Source: Podarcis melisellensis | Taxonomy: Eukaryota | Length of the DNA: 64,000 nt | Direction: 5' to 3' (one strand) | Assembly: GCA_964234715.1 (NCBI GenBank) | Contig: OZ174285.1 | Shown here: piece after piece, positions 36,069 through 50,399 of the stretch | Position numbering within the stretch: position 1 is the first letter of the stretch | Layout: every line of letters begins with the position of its first letter | Notes under the pieces: generated by a model | Databases searched by the model: none | Seen by the model: only the letters and a program-made list of their open reading frames with translations | What the model was told of the DNA's origin: nothing | Made by a program: the position numbers and the translations under genes

Positions 36069-39000
36069 AAAGTCTGCCAAGGCGAGCCCCTTCCCAGAGC
36101 CCCCCAGGCTCCACCGAGCAAAACTTCGGAGTCCCCACCTCCCACCCCACAGATCAGCCTTGCTGGTCTCTGGATGTCCCGTCGGCTCAGAGGTATTCCA
36201 GTGCTTGGCTTTCGACTCTCTCCCCCCACGCCCCGCCCCACCTTTCCCCATCTTCCACCCCCCCCATCCCCCAGGTCTTAGCTGCCGAATAAAACCATTG
36301 GTTCATAACTTTCCCCTTGTTGGAAACAGGGAATTAAACACGGTCCTCTTTCAAAGCCAAACCGCTTTTTTGCGATTCACAAGCCACTTAGGTCGGTGCC
36401 AGGAGAACGTGCACCGAGCCGCTTCCAGGCCTAAGGAAGCGCCTTGTGGACTCCGTCATTATGTTGACGTTGCAGGGGGTTGGACTAGATGATCCTTAGG
36501 GTCCCTTTCAGCTCTGCAATTCTGTTATTCTATCCCTTGGCCAAGAGCAGCTCCAAATGGAAGGTGCTAATCTATTCATCCATTTATCCATTCCTCCTGT
36601 CCCCAGGATGAAACAGTTTTTACAGAATAACTCGTGCAGCAACGTGCTGAGCGTTTGAGGCGCAGTCGCCGGGCCTTTGCTCAAAACGACACATAAACGC
36701 CCAGCAGTTAGGAACTGGAGGTCGTGTGCACCAACGAACGCGCTTCTGCTCCCTTAAAGTCTCATTGGCTAAGCTAAACACGATGGGATTTCAGGCGAGG
36801 TCAACGTTTGAACCATTTTCCTGTACCCCAACCAGCCCGCGCTTTCCTTGGGTTGTTCATAATTCGGAGCATGAGCACACTGCGTGTAGCGTGTAAACCT
36901 AACCCAGGGGGAAGAAAAGAATACATATGACAAACTTCCCCCCAACCAACTTCTGCTGTGCTTCCTTTGCAAGGCGGATAGATTGCGCGGGGCATTGATC
37001 TGCTTTAGCGCGCACAGCCTGTCAAAAAGCGCTTTCTGCTCAGACAGAAATGAATGGTTCCGCTTCTAGACCCGCTTCCCTGCGTCACGCGTGTCCGAGG
37101 ACGCATGTTCCACGCTCCTCGTTTAGCAATGAATAATAGCCCACGCAGGCAAGTGTTTGCGGAGCCCGTGTCTCCTCCTGCCCCCCCACCCTTCCCTCAC
37201 TGCTCCACACTCCTTGCTTTTTTTAGAGAGCCTGGGAAACGCTGGTGCTGTTTAGTTTTCGTCTGCGTCCAAGGCAAGACACTTTCACACAAATCTGAAC
37301 AGAACTGCTAGGACAAAAGGCGGCGGCGGGGCAGAGCGAGAGAATGTTTTGACTGGCGTCACTGTGACAAGGTCATTCGTCATTTTTCCAAATAGATTGA
37401 TAACACCTAAGTTAAAGGCAAACACGCAACTAAAGGGGGGCGGACGGAGGGAGGAACGGAGAAGGAACCAGCGCCTCTGATTTCTGAAATTTAAAGCTGG
37501 CTGATTGTCAAAGTCCTTTCGCTGCCCTTGATCAATTCGATCGCCTCGAATATTACGAATTTCCACTCCTACCACCCTTCTAAGTCGTCATTTTCTAAAA
37601 AGAAAAAGTTCTGTTGCTTTTTTAAGCACGCGGGTGGAGGAAAGAGAGAGGGGACCCGCGAAAACAAGTTTTCTTAAACTCTTGAGTGTAAGACGGTCGA
37701 TGATGCGCTACAAAACCAGGAATAATTCGAAGAGTTCCTGCAAAATTACTGCGTTGATCTAAACTCTGTCGCCGCTTTTAGGCTACGATCCTAGGCATAG
37801 TGACTGAAGAAGCAGGATGGGACTTCTTGCGCAAGTTTGAACTCTCAGCGACTTTTATTTTGCCTGAATTTCATTTGTAACTGTATCGCTTTCAATCACT
37901 TATAATTTAACGCGTTGAGAATGACAACAGGCCCTTAGGTGGTCTCTAGGTCCGGGTCCAGTTCTCTGATTCCAACTATTGGCCTTCTCCTTCCATAAAT
38001 ACACTTTTTTTTTTTTTTTTGCTAATAACCCTTCAGATGCGAAGTGGGAAAAGCGGGAGGAGGGAGGGGAAAACAAACCTCCAACTAGGATTGCTCATCT
38101 CCCTTCCTGGCGCTTAAATGCATTGTCAATAGCTGCATTTGTCTTACAGGCTGTTTGCAGGAGGGAGAGAGGCAGTCTGCGAGAACGAATCAAACGGATC
38201 CTTTCGGGATGCAATCCGCTCTCCTAGCCGGAGATCAGGGTTCCCTCGGAGATCCCGCACCATTAAACCCGAACTTTAAATAGGGGTTTATGCCGGATTA
38301 GTGCAATCCTACCCTTCGCTCCTCCTCCCAATTTCCTTATGAATTAAGGCCTCGGACGTTGCGGAACCGACGGCGCTTACTATTATTTGTGTAGGTCTTT
38401 CCGCTCTCTCTCGCGAAAGTTTGCGGCGGCTTTGGATCTGACCTGCACCGGCCACGTGTGTCCCTTCCAGCACCCGATGACGTCTCTCGGTTCCCGAGCC
38501 AACTTTCCCTACTTTCCCGCTGTCATTCATGCAGCGAGGGACAAGGAGATCGATTCCCCTTTGCCCAGGGGATTGCTTTTCCTCTTTCTTTGCACAGAGA
38601 GGTACATAATTCAATCGGCGTGGTGATCCACGTTTCTTAAAAGTGGGCAAGGAATAGCCATGAAATATAATGGCCCAAATAAGATACCCAAGAATTGGGG
38701 AGACAAGGTGGAACACACACACACACTGCTGCTTAGGATTGTTAGGGTCAGCGCAGAAGCGAGAGAGCCTGGCGGTGCACGCGCATTTTAACAGGAGGCC
38801 GGTTCTGCGTCCGGATGCTCAGCGACAGGCGCGCGAGCAAAGAGCTTGACCCTTTCGCTCTGCATCTGCCTCGCCAGACAGTTTGGTGCGCGCCAGCGCG
38901 CGTTGTGCCTCGCTTTCCTCTTCTTGATTTCCTTTAAATGTGCCTCTTCTCAGCGCGTGCTCTTACTTTCTCGCTAGTTCCTGCGTTTAAAGAGGCAGCA

Positions 39001-40139
39001 AAAGCTTATATCCTATGAACACCCGCCCACAACACGCACACGAACGCACACACCTGGCCTCCTCGCGCTGTCTTCCTCATCTGATTTTTTCCCCCATAAA
39101 AGAAAGAAAAAAGATTATTATTTATAGGACGAACGCTGGAAACAAATCAAATCGATCGGTTTCGCGAGCGGTCAAACTTTGATAAAAATCCATCGCCCCC
39201 TCCACCGGATCGATCCGCGAATATTTGTTAGGAATCCATTCCCAGAGAAATAAATAAGGAAGGGGAAAGTGTTTGTATTACATGCAAAAAGGTGAGACTC
39301 GGTGGTGTGTTTTTCTTCATTGATTAATGACCTCTAAAATAAAACAAGCGGGAAGAGGAGCCAGGATCGATAAATTATCTACCCCCAAATCCATCATTTT
39401 TTCCCTCCTTGGGAATATTACATACATACCGCCCCCCCCCCAATATCACCCCTTTGCTTCTTACACTTTCTCCTTGTGAAAGATAGGGGGGAAATAAGCT
39501 GGAAGAAGCGAAGACCCGAAAGAATATATATTGAATCTGGGAGGGGCGGAGACCCTATCTGATTTCGTTTGACACACAATTAAAAAAGTTTCCTTTCATA
39601 TTAATTAATTCTCGCGATCTGAGGGGGAAGACAAATGGTCGGGCGCCTCTGACAGGAGACCGATAAAGGCTCCAGCAGCTTTCCTTTCTTGCCCTGGGCG
39701 CCTCTTCATCCCACTTTTAAGGTCAGGAGAGCCGAGCTAATAATTCATTAATAGAGACGTTTATTCAGAAGCGATTCACGCCCCACTCCGCGCGCCCCTG
39801 CGCAGCGTTGCCACGAGATAGTTTTCTTCGACGGAAGGGGCGAGGAGGCGGCTGTTAGGGGAGAGAAACTCTTCTTGCGCTCCCAGGATCTGGAGAGAGC
39901 GTGTATGTGGGGAGATGAGACCTCCCCCCTCCGCAACCGATGCCAGGTCCTTCTCCGCACCCCATACAGACGTGACCGTCTATCCAGCTTCAAAGCCAGC
40001 CCCGCTTCCTCTCCCGCCGCACGTCTAGGATCCCCTGCCTCATTCCCTCGCAGGCACCGTACTTTATATGGCCACGGAGAGGTCGATCTTCCCTTGTCTT
40101 CAGCTGCTGGTTTACAAGGACCCACTAATGTGGCACGTC

Positions 40140-40293
40140 CTGATCACAGAATGGAAGGGATCTTGATGATCTAGTCCAACCCCCTTCAGTGCAGGAATAT
40201 GTAGCTGCCCCATATTGGGGATCCCATATGAGGATCGAACCTGCAACCTTGGCGTTATCAGCCCCTCGCTGTAGCCAGCTGAGCTATCCAGGC
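40140..40293 (-). mobile_element. tRNA-Ile-headed SINE with CR1-like tail
   Basis: Minus strand GCCTGGATAGCTCAGCTGGCTACAGCGAGGGGCTGATAACGCCAAGGTTGCAGGTTCGATCC (tRNA-Ile-like), then ATTCCTGCACTGAAGGGGGTTGGACTAGAT. Confidence 0.8.
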
Positions 40294-41378
40294 ATATAAG
40301 TCATCTGGTAACAGTGGGGTCACCACCATCAATGAAATAGTGTACAATTCTGCAACAGGAAAAGATTACACAGAGAAAAGGAGGGTAACCCAAAAATGGA
40401 GTTAAGGAAAAGAGGGAAATTCTGCTGCTACATGTTCATCCAACTGCACACTCCAAAAATCTCCTATTTGACACAGCTATTCAGGAACACTCTTCCCCTT
40501 TCCGTTCCGTTCTCACTCTTTTAAAAAGGAATGGAAACCTTACATGGGTGTATTTTGTATTGTAAATTAGGATTATGGGAATGTCCTCCTTGGTCCAAAC
40601 CAGATTGCCAATCTGCTCCATTCCTTTGTGGAATCTAATTCAAAGGTCAACCTGTAGACTGGTTCCAGAGTTCGAAACTCCCACTATTCTAGGCACATTT
40701 TGCGACAGGGAATTTAAACAGCGTGATAAGTTTCTGAGCTCTGGGCACCGTACTGCGCCTAAGATTTCAGATTAAAATTGCAGAGTGGAAGGAAAGGAGG
40801 ACCTTTTTCTGCCTCCCCACTTCCAGCTACTCTCTCAAAACTGGAGAAGAGACCCTCTTAAGAATATTAGGGGGGTGGGCAGGGGAAGGACCTGACCATG
40901 TGAAAAATGAACATAACATTTTAGCTGCAGTTCATTCATTTTCAGCTTTGTATTCTTGTTATAAAAAAACCGCACCTGGACATTCCATTGTTGCACCCAT
41001 AACCTCGGTTTAAGGAGCCATCTAGCTCCTAGCTTTCATATCTCAGTTTCTAACACTGACTGGTTCACACATGCATATAGATATGCATTGCTTGATTATT
41101 GGACATGTGATGACTGACAGCTGAATGTGGCAGCCTACTCTGTTAAACAGCTCTGCATTTGAGGTGTTGATGTCACCTCATATGAAACTTCCATCAGTGG
41201 TGAAACAAATGCAGCTTGTTGTGCTATATCTGTGACAGTCCAGTTATCACTTGATGTTGTCATCAAGGGATGAGCAAGCAGCGTGAGCCTGGCCCTCACC
41301 ATCTTGATTAGCTGTGAGCCTCAACGCAGTGGAGACTAGTCCTTTAAGGCTACAGGGGCGCTGTCCCACCCACTTGTC

Positions 41379-41725
41379 CATAGGCGCCGACTCCATGGGG
41401 CTTGAGGGGGCCCGAGCCCCCTCAAAAATTCGTTTGGGGGGGCTCCGCCCCCCCAATAATCTCCGGCGCCCCTCCAGCAGAGCGCCATCGCCGCCCCTCC
41501 CCCAGCCCAAAATGCACAGGGAGGGGCGGGCTGCATGCCTCCTGCCCTCCCTCCCGAGCAAAAGCTCCACCCAATTTCCTTTGGAGCTGATTAATAGGCG
41601 CAGCACGCTCTCCCCTATTCGCTCACGAGGAGGCGGCGCCACTTTATTTGCATATTCATGAGCTTATTTATTATTCATGAGCTTTCCCGGGCCCCCCCAA
41701 TATTTTTTATAAGTCCGCGTCCCTG
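41379..41725. mobile_element. hAT MITE, GC-rich
   Basis: Perfect 8-bp TSD CACTTGTC (41371-41378, 41726-41733); imperfect TIR CATAGGCGCCGACT / AGTCCGCGTCCCTG. Confidence 0.85.
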
Positions 41726-42757
41726 CACTTGTCTGCTTTCAAATACAGTACATGGCTGCTTATGCAGTGAGGCTTGGACAAATTCAGTTTGTTATTCTCA
41801 GGGTTAACAACAATCATAGCAACAGCCGGGTTGTCCTTGCAGACTTAAGGGCACAGGGTAACCGAATAAAGTTTCTCATGTGGTAGCAGCAGGCTGGTAA
41901 TACCAACAACAGAGGCTGATTTAGGGTAGCGTGACCAGTGGGGTCACACTGGGCCCTGTGCTGCAGGGGGCGCAAAACACACACATGAGTGGCGCATGAG
42001 AGGCTGGGGGGGGGAGGGCATGCGAATTTTAGATAGATGGCATCCCTGATTCCAAAGTGTTTGTCATGACCAGAAGTTAAGGACAACTTATCACCGCTTT
42101 ACTACTGTTTTCGTTACCGTGCTCACAACCGCTGGTTTTTCTTTTCTTTTGCTGCTACAACGACGACATATCAGGCATCAATTTAGATGCTTTACAGAAC
42201 ACAGAAATTGTTACACGTAAGACTTCTTACCCAGAGAGTATTTTGCATGGACCGCTCCTATCGCAGTTGACAGTATCGTCAGCTAAGCAGCAACAATCAC
42301 GACAACATTGGCTTGGAACAAATGAGAAAATACAGTTTGAATGCCTTGTTCTGAATAAGTTGTATATTATACTTAATAACAAGGTTTGATTTGGTTACCT
42401 TGGATATTTAACACTTTTCAAATACACATATGGCCCAAACAGCAAGAAAAAAACCTTTAAAAGCGACATTACAATTATTTTTTTCAGCCATTATGCTAAG
42501 TTCTTATAAGCTTTTCTCATGACATCATCTGTATTATTATGTGGGATGAAGACTTTTAAAACCTATCTATGAATTCTACCATATCTATATTATTTATTTA
42601 TTTGGATAATTTATATACCAATTACTTACAATAATCTTTAAATGGTGTTTGTCTGTCTCTAAGCAGAGTGTTTTACATTTGTGTTAAAAATCCCATTTAA
42701 TGCCATGTGAAAAAGCAACTTTTAACAAGTCCTTTCCTCATAAGGTTAACAAGGTCT

Positions 42758-43022
42758 GCCAACCTAGCAGTTTGAAAGCATACCAGTGCAAGTAGATATA
42801 TAGGTACTGCTGTGACGGGAAGATAAACAGCATTTCCGTGCGCTCTGGTACTTGTCACAGTGTCACAGTGTCCCATTGTGCCAGAAGCAGTTTAGCCATG
42901 ATAAAGCTGTCTGCGGACAAACGCCAGCTCTCTCGGACTGAAAAGCGAGATGAGCGCCAAACCCCATAGTCACCTTTGACCGGACTTAACCATCAAGGGT
43001 CCTTTACCTTTACCTTTTTACC
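42758..43022 (+). mobile_element. Sauria SINE, 5'-truncated
   Basis: GCCAACCTAGCAGTTTGAAAGCA...CCTTTACCTTTACC tail; TSD TAACAAGGTCT (42747-42757) / TAACGAGGTCT (43023-43033). Confidence 0.9.
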
Positions 43023-46000
43023 TAACGAGGTCTACAAATAAATGAACAAAGGATTCTGTACACACCTGAAAGTAAATCCCACTGAACTCAGTGGGACTTG
43101 TTTCTGAGTAGACATGTAGAGGACTGCACTGCTAGTCTGTGGTGCTGTACATTTTTACTAGGAAGCAAGTTCTTTGAAAACACTGGTACTTATTTCTGAG
43201 TAAACATGCTTAGGATTGTGCTAGAATACAGCAGTTCAGGGGATATATGCACGGTCACAGTACATACTGGTAATTCTTGGTGCTGTCCTCATGATCACTA
43301 GCACAGATTAGATTGCAGATTTGATCCCCATATTCCTGCAATGCATATTCCTGCAATGCAGAGGGTTGGACTAGATGATCCTCAAGATTTAGGGGAGCGT
43401 GACTAGTTTGCCCAAGACAGCATTGCAGGGGTGCCGCAATGATTTAAAATGTAAGGTGAGAGGCGAGAGGGCACCAACTTTGGGCATTGTACAGTGCACC
43501 ACTGAAATTTGAAAGCCCAAAGTTCACCGTTGCTGGGCCAGATTTGACAGGTGGGCAGAGCCATCCACCTGCTGATCACCTGATGTCCAATTGCACCAGG
43601 TGATGCAATCACGTGGTTGTCGAGACTTCAAAGTACCATGCAAGGCACTTTCCAAGGAGAGGTAAACTTGCCTCTTTTAAAGCACACTTTAATCATTCTG
43701 CTCTAATGAAAATCTGGTTACTGTTTGCTAGCTGAGAAGTGTGTTAAATGATCTGGAAAATGCATTTCCAGACACATTTATGGATCCAGCATTCCGTCTC
43801 TAGGTCAGGTACATAGCAACAACTGAATTGGGAGGAGAAAGCATGCGGCAGGATTTATTTTCACATATTTGAATTTTGTTCCTTACAATAATGGCACAAG
43901 CTAGCCTCATGGAGCTTGTCTTTTTAATATTGGGTATTTGGTTCCAGTTTTGGAAGCAGTCTTTCATTTTTCTTCCATATCCTTTCTAATGATGCATGAC
44001 CAGATAATGAGCTCCGCCTAGATTGTCTGCTAATAGAGGTACAGCTGCCCAACTCTTTACATGACTGATGCATAGTCCTTGGAATTAAACATTAGAGAGC
44101 ACGCAACATTTCTTAAGAAATCTGCACAGATATCAGATTTTGCAGAATCCACATTTGGAAGCCAAACATGATCTGTTGGGTGTGCATCTAACTCCAGGGT
44201 TCCTCATCCCAACTCATACCAAAAGGAAAGATTCCACATCAGACCACAGGATTTATCTTTCTCATGCCTTAGTGTAATTCTCACTAAGTGGTATAGTCAA
44301 GTAACAGGCTTATCAAGTACAATACTGTTTGTGAGAACCAGGCAACAGTAGTTTAGCTGCTTTATAGTAATGAAGAGGCAATCCAATCTCATACAAACAA
44401 TCACGAAATGATTGTGTTGTGTATCTTCTCAGCATAAATGTGTTACTCCTTGTAACAAGGGGTTAGCAAAGCAAGGACTCTGAAGTTTTGCAAAGAGTTG
44501 CAGGATACCTTGTACAGCCTCTATGCGAAGAGCACCTGTTCACTTGGTACTGGTCTGAAATCTGTCAACTGATTCCACAAAGGCCACCAAACAGATGCCA
44601 GTCAAGTAATGACTTTCTGCCACTATTGACCTAATACGGATGTGATCCAGTGACCCAAGGGGTGAAAGGTCATGTATCTTATTACCAAGTCCCTTGGCCA
44701 CCACTTACCAGATTCAAATATCAGTGTTTATCATTACGATAAATTTAATAATCTGACTCATGGATCCCAACAAGGAAAACTATCACCTTAAATCTGAGTG
44801 ATGAATACGATTAATATACAGTAAATGTTAAGCTATCTAATCTGATAACCCCTAATCTGATAACCCCTGTAAAACAATATACAGTATTTTAGGGTTTTTG
44901 TTTTTTAAAGACACAGGAACTTTATCCAATGAGTTTTTAGCAATCAAAATTATTTCGGATTTGAAGCACTGACTTTCAATATTTCATTCCAGCATTCTCC
45001 AGTATTCTTTTCCCCAAAGTAAAGTTACTCACTTCGAACTATAATTTAAAGAAAATTTATTGGCATAAACAGGGATGCACTGAAAGTCACCTCTGAGAGT
45101 GAGAGCAAAAGCAAGCTTTAAGTGCTGTGCAAATCAAACATAATGGCAAACCTTGTATCTTTTGGTAAAAATCACCATGTTCTATTAGTTACATAATCAA
45201 TAGCATGTGGTTGTCATCTACTGGGGTGGCAGATATGCCCGGCATATCACACAGTATGATCTGTGTAGACAGAAGAGGCATGTTTCTTCTGACTGCCATT
45301 TGCTTTGCTGCTTCCGTTTCATAGCTGGGTGTGGGCAATCAAGTGTCAGGAAGCTGAACACTTATAGAAACTTGAGAGATCTTAGGAGACAGGGGGTAAT
45401 ATTGTCTCCCAAATAGTGTGTGGTGCCTCCAACCAATCAGCCTCCATGTTTCCTGAAAGGAAGGTCAGTATGCAACTTGATAAAGTGGGAAAACAAGGAG
45501 GAATTTATTTAACTAGGAAAGGAAGAAGCAAGAGGAGCATTTCAGATAAATGTGGCCTTTAAGAAAAGTTTTTTAATGCAACAAAATTAGAAGTGGGGAA
45601 AAAATCAAATAGGGTTTTTTTTTTTTGCAGGGGGAGGGTTGCAAGTGACCAATTAGCTGTCTGCTGTGACACAGTGTGGGACAGGAATGCACCTTTGGGC
45701 CTCTGTCACTCTCTGGCTGTGGAGCTGTTGCAGGATGAATGCTCTGCGAGGGCAGAAGGCTACTGCTGTTGCAATCTCTTCCAGTGGCTCTTCTTCTTTC
45801 CCTAATAATCAGTTCTCCTTGTTTGAATTTTCTCACGGAGTCTGTCTTCCAGAATCTCCTCACAAATCTTCATGTGAAAACAACCCCAACAGTAGCAAAA
45901 AAAGGGAGAAATATTCTGTTCCAGGCTTCCCTCAGGGGATTGCATTTCAAAATATCGCACTTAAATTAGACAGGGCAAGTAACACAAATGCAAGATTTCT

Positions 46001-49000
46001 CTCTGGAGAGACTCTGGGCTGCAAAATATCCAGGAATACCATGGACGGTTCTGGCACAGTATAATGTCCGGCAAACATTTTAACCCTGTCCCCGATATTC
46101 TGTGCGTGCATGTCAAAAGGATTGCTAGCATCTCTTTAAGCACCAGAGAGGGAGAGAAGCTGTACATGCTCAGAGAGCACCACCTTTAAAATGAAGGCCA
46201 GAGAATATTCAAAAAGCCATGCAAAAGGAATTTTACTGACAGCAGCAGGAGGTATCTGGTGTCCCTCTGTTAAGCACATCTTGAAGAATTTGGAAAGGGT
46301 TACTTAAAAAAAATAAGGTTGACTGAGTTCAAACGAGAAGAGCAGTTTTTGGGGGTGTTTATCTATTAATATTCTTTGTGGAGACTGGATTCTGTCATGT
46401 TATAGTTCTTGATTCTGTGACAGTGCATCAAATATTGTTTTAATTCTGAAATGGCTGGTTTTATGTGATAACGGAGCAGCCAGTAACAGGAAATTGATGA
46501 CTGCTATAACTAGGGCATCTCCTTCAATGATAAAATAATAGAACTAATCTTTTGTATATTGTTCCACATTCATAACTGTATTCCCACCCCTTTAGAAACC
46601 ACTTGCTGGTCTGGAAGGGAGAGGTATCAGAGGAAGCTGATGTCAGGAAGGAAAAGTAACGGAACTTTGTGGGCATATTCAGTGCTTTATCTGGAAAAAG
46701 TAGATTCATTCCTTCCCTCTGTCCAGACCTATCTGGATTACTAGAAAATCTATCTAAATGACAAGAAGGGGTAACTTGTGCCCTAGTGGCTTGGAAGGGG
46801 CCCTCACCTGCTAGACCTGGCTGTGCTGCAATTCACAGCCCTCCTGGTCAGGGACATCCCAGATCCTGATATTTCAAGCTGCAAACCTAAGACCTAGGAG
46901 CAGGCCCTGGCAATGTCATGGGTAGGCTCTGGTGATGTCATTAAACATGACACATTAGGCATTAACCACAGTACAGCACCTGAAAAGGAAGAACAGAGAA
47001 CCTTGCACTTTTTCTTAAACACACTTCGGCCCGTCTATCATTCCAATTTTTCCCCATATCCAAAATTATTCCTTATGCCCATACCTAGGGTTTACAACTG
47101 GATTATTTTAGGGTGGAACAGGTGGGTACCTGGAAGTAAAAGGGAAAAAAAAATGCTAGTATGGGATTGGGAACTGGCAACCTTTGCCTTTGCCAACCTA
47201 GTGCCCTCCAGATTTTTTTAACCGTAACGCTCATCAGCCTTGGAGTTGTTGTCCACAGCATCTAGGCTGGCAAAGACTGATCCAATATCTTTGTTCAGTT
47301 AGCACTGCACGCCCCCACTGTCACTCCAAGAGCCAATTGCTGTGTAATTGTCTCTCCTTTTTCCTGCACGATGCACTTTATTATAGTTCCCTCTTGACTA
47401 ACAGCACATATATTGATGCCTGGTTTTGATCCTGTCCAACGCCTGCCAAAGCAACATATTGCTGATCCTGCCCAGTATTCATGAAGACAATAAAAAATAA
47501 AAATAAAAGCCTTGCCTTCTTAATAGGTTAATGAAGCATATATTTCCCTCTCTTTTTGTCATTAACTGGGAATCACAAGAGAACTGTAGACTTGAAAAGC
47601 ACGTATCAGACAGTTAAACACAAGCACCATGAAATCATTTTAATAGAGACTTAAGTCATGCCTGGGGACTAGTGTAATTCCCTAAAATAGCAATTTAATA
47701 GGAGGGAAATGGCTCCTTAGCTGAAACAAAATGGCCTAAAGAAATGACAGAATCATCATTACTTTTTTTCCTACAGCTTTTCCCCATAGTATAATTGCCC
47801 ACAAAAGAGGAATAGCAACCACGCTCTGATAACACATTTTGTTTTATTTTGATTCACAGAAGGGAAAAAAAGTATTTCACCATTCTCTAGGTTTATTAGC
47901 CTGATGAAAATGTGTTGAATTTGGTCGTCTGGCTCAGTTTCTGTGGAAACCATGAGGGACAGTAGTTGAATTTATAAATAATGGCCAGCATGATGTTCCT
48001 AAACATGTAGTTCAAAGAATCAGGACTCTTATAAGGGCTTATTCACACAATGCATGTTCATCACTTGGTAGCTCACTACTCCGTGACACAAACCTGAGTG
48101 TATGAACTGCTTCCACTGCAAAGTATTGAGTTGAAGTACGGTAGGCAATACAAAACCCCTTCTTTTGATTTAATTCATCTATGATGGCTGTTTCACATGT
48201 TTGTAGTCATCAAAAGACAAAAATGGATGTGTAAACCAGGGCTCTAAATTCAGTGAAAACTATCTTCAAATAATTATTTATTTGATTCCAACATTTATAT
48301 ACCGCCGTTCTGAGACATAATCAAAATCTAGGATATAAAAAAGCCCAACAATACAACGCATTAAACAAATAGCAGTAAAAAGCACATCGTATACAAGATG
48401 ACAACAGATAAAGCAGTCTTAAAAGTGGGCAAAGAGGGGATCAGATATGCCCATCTTAAGGGCATAATCCTTGCAAAGATGCCAGTACTGAAAAGGCCTC
48501 TCTCTCACTTGTTCTCTTAGTTGCACTTCAGTTGGCAAAGAGACAATGAGAATGAGCAGGGGCTCAGGAAATGAGCAAGTTAATTGCAGGCTCTGGAGTT
48601 AAAGGGAACTTGGCCAGAACTAATTGCACTGAGAATCTAATCTACTGCTTAGTCCTCTTGGTATACATTGAGTTCGCTTGCTTAATTTCAGTAACATCTT
48701 ATGTAAGGCGATTGAGGCTGGCGAGAGATGGTGTGAGATAGAGGTATGAATTGGCCAGTGTGAGAACAGGATGCTGAACTCGATGGGCCATTAGCCTGAT
48801 CTAGCAGTCTCTTCTGATGTTCACTGTTGCTTGTAGCATATACATGCACTCATTTCTCTTTCTGTCCCATAACCATCCCTGATCAAACAGGTTTTTCACG
48901 TTCCTGCAGCACTTGAAAGAAAAGCCAACTGTTCAACCGGAGCTTATGGCATGGCAAAAGAAATCAGAGTGTGTGCACCATGAGCAATGTAGGCTCTATT

Positions 49001-49717
49001 GGACCACCTTAATTCTTTGGGAAATGGTGTGTCTCCAAATTCAGAGACACACATCTCGTTATGCAGCTCTCCAGTGGCAATCCATTTTTTAAAAAGGTTA
49101 CGACGATATATCAGGTGTGAAGTGTTTCACTGACATAACTGACTTGCATGGGGGGAGAAGGCCAAAAGACTTGCACAGAACAATTCTATGCATGTTTACT
49201 TCGGTGTTAAGCCCCTGGGACTTTGGCTGTGCACACATTCTCATTTAATTTGCATTCAGTGCACTCCCACCACTGGTTTGGGAAGAGGTGTACACACAAT
49301 GTTAGCTATAATCCCTATCTATCCTGTATCTAACCTGTGGGTTCTCATGAAATTGCAGTGGCTGAGTACACATTAATGGCTTAAAACCCAGCTAGGGTTT
49401 GTTTTGGATTGATGCTGGATTGGGGAAAACCATATCAAAACACAGTATTTCCCAAGCAAAAACAGGATAGATGGATTGAGTGTATATTGCTTCCAAAACC
49501 AGTAATGGGAATGTACTGGATGCAGAGTAAGCAGGCATGTCTACATAGTTTTGATGTGTTTTCCCCAAACCAGTTTCAATCCAAGCTGAGAAAAAGAATG
49601 ATCAGTTTTAAGCCACTAATGTGTACACAGCCTGTCACCTGTTCACATGTTCATTGGGGGTTAATCCCACTACTGGCCATGGTGGGACTTAGTTCTGAGT
49701 ATAGGTATAGGTTTCCA

Positions 49718-50092
49718 GAGATGCAGGTGGCACTGTGGTCTAAACACCGAGCCTCTTGGGCTTGCCAATCGGAAGATTGTCCGTTTTGAATGGGGTGAGC
49801 TGCTGTTGCTCTGCCCCAGCTTTTGCCAACCTAGTAATTCGAAAGCACACCGGTGCAAGTAGATACCTAGGTACCACTGTGGCGGGAAGGTATTTGGTGT
49901 TTCTGTGCACCCTGACTTCCATCACGATGTCCCATTGCACCAGAAGCAGTTTAGTAATCCCGGGAACATGACCTGGAAAGCTGTCTGTGGACAAATGCCA
50001 GCTTCCTTAGCCTGAAAAGCAAGATGAGCACTGCACCCCATAGTCACCTTTGACTGGAGTTAGCTGTCCAGGGGTCCTTTACCTTTTACCTT
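49718..50092 (+). mobile_element. Sauria SINE, near full length, inserted at the end of a palindromic MITE
   Basis: Head GCAGGTGGCACTGTGGTCTAAAC, body GCCAACCTAGTAATTCGAAAGCAC, tail CCTTTACCTTTTACCTT; flanking TATAGG repeats. Confidence 0.85.
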
Positions 50093-50399
50093 ATAGGCTT
50101 GTCACCTCTTCCCATTTCTGTACTCTCATGGCAATCCTGATACTTCAATACTATATATTGAAATAAGGGCTGTCAGCTATGCACTGTTGGCAAATACAGG
50201 TTTATCTTTGCTTGGTAAAGCCACAAATTGTGATGTTCTGCTGTCAAAGCCGTTGCTGCCCCCAATCCTGCACACATTTGCTTGTGTGAAGCAGAGGACA
50301 CAGTTAAAAGAAAAAGAAAAAAGGAGAATCAAATACTGAAACACAAGTGCTTCGAAGAACAAGAACATCAATTCAGCAAACTCTAAAACAATAAAAACA

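Larger units (their letters stand above)
33950..40100. promoter_or_regulatory. Main CpG island / promoter domain of PRDM6
   Basis: High GC and abundant CpG around the first coding exon and several kb upstream, contrasting with CpG-depleted flanks. Confidence 0.85.

Noticed and set aside
34108-36492. Many overlapping 90-195 aa ORFs on both strands around exon 2 and the promoter
   Set aside because: Stop-poor GC-rich CpG-island DNA and shadows of the real CDS; no recognisable protein motifs.
40220-40293. tRNA-Ile gene
   Set aside because: SINE head with an internal duplication and a LINE-derived tail.
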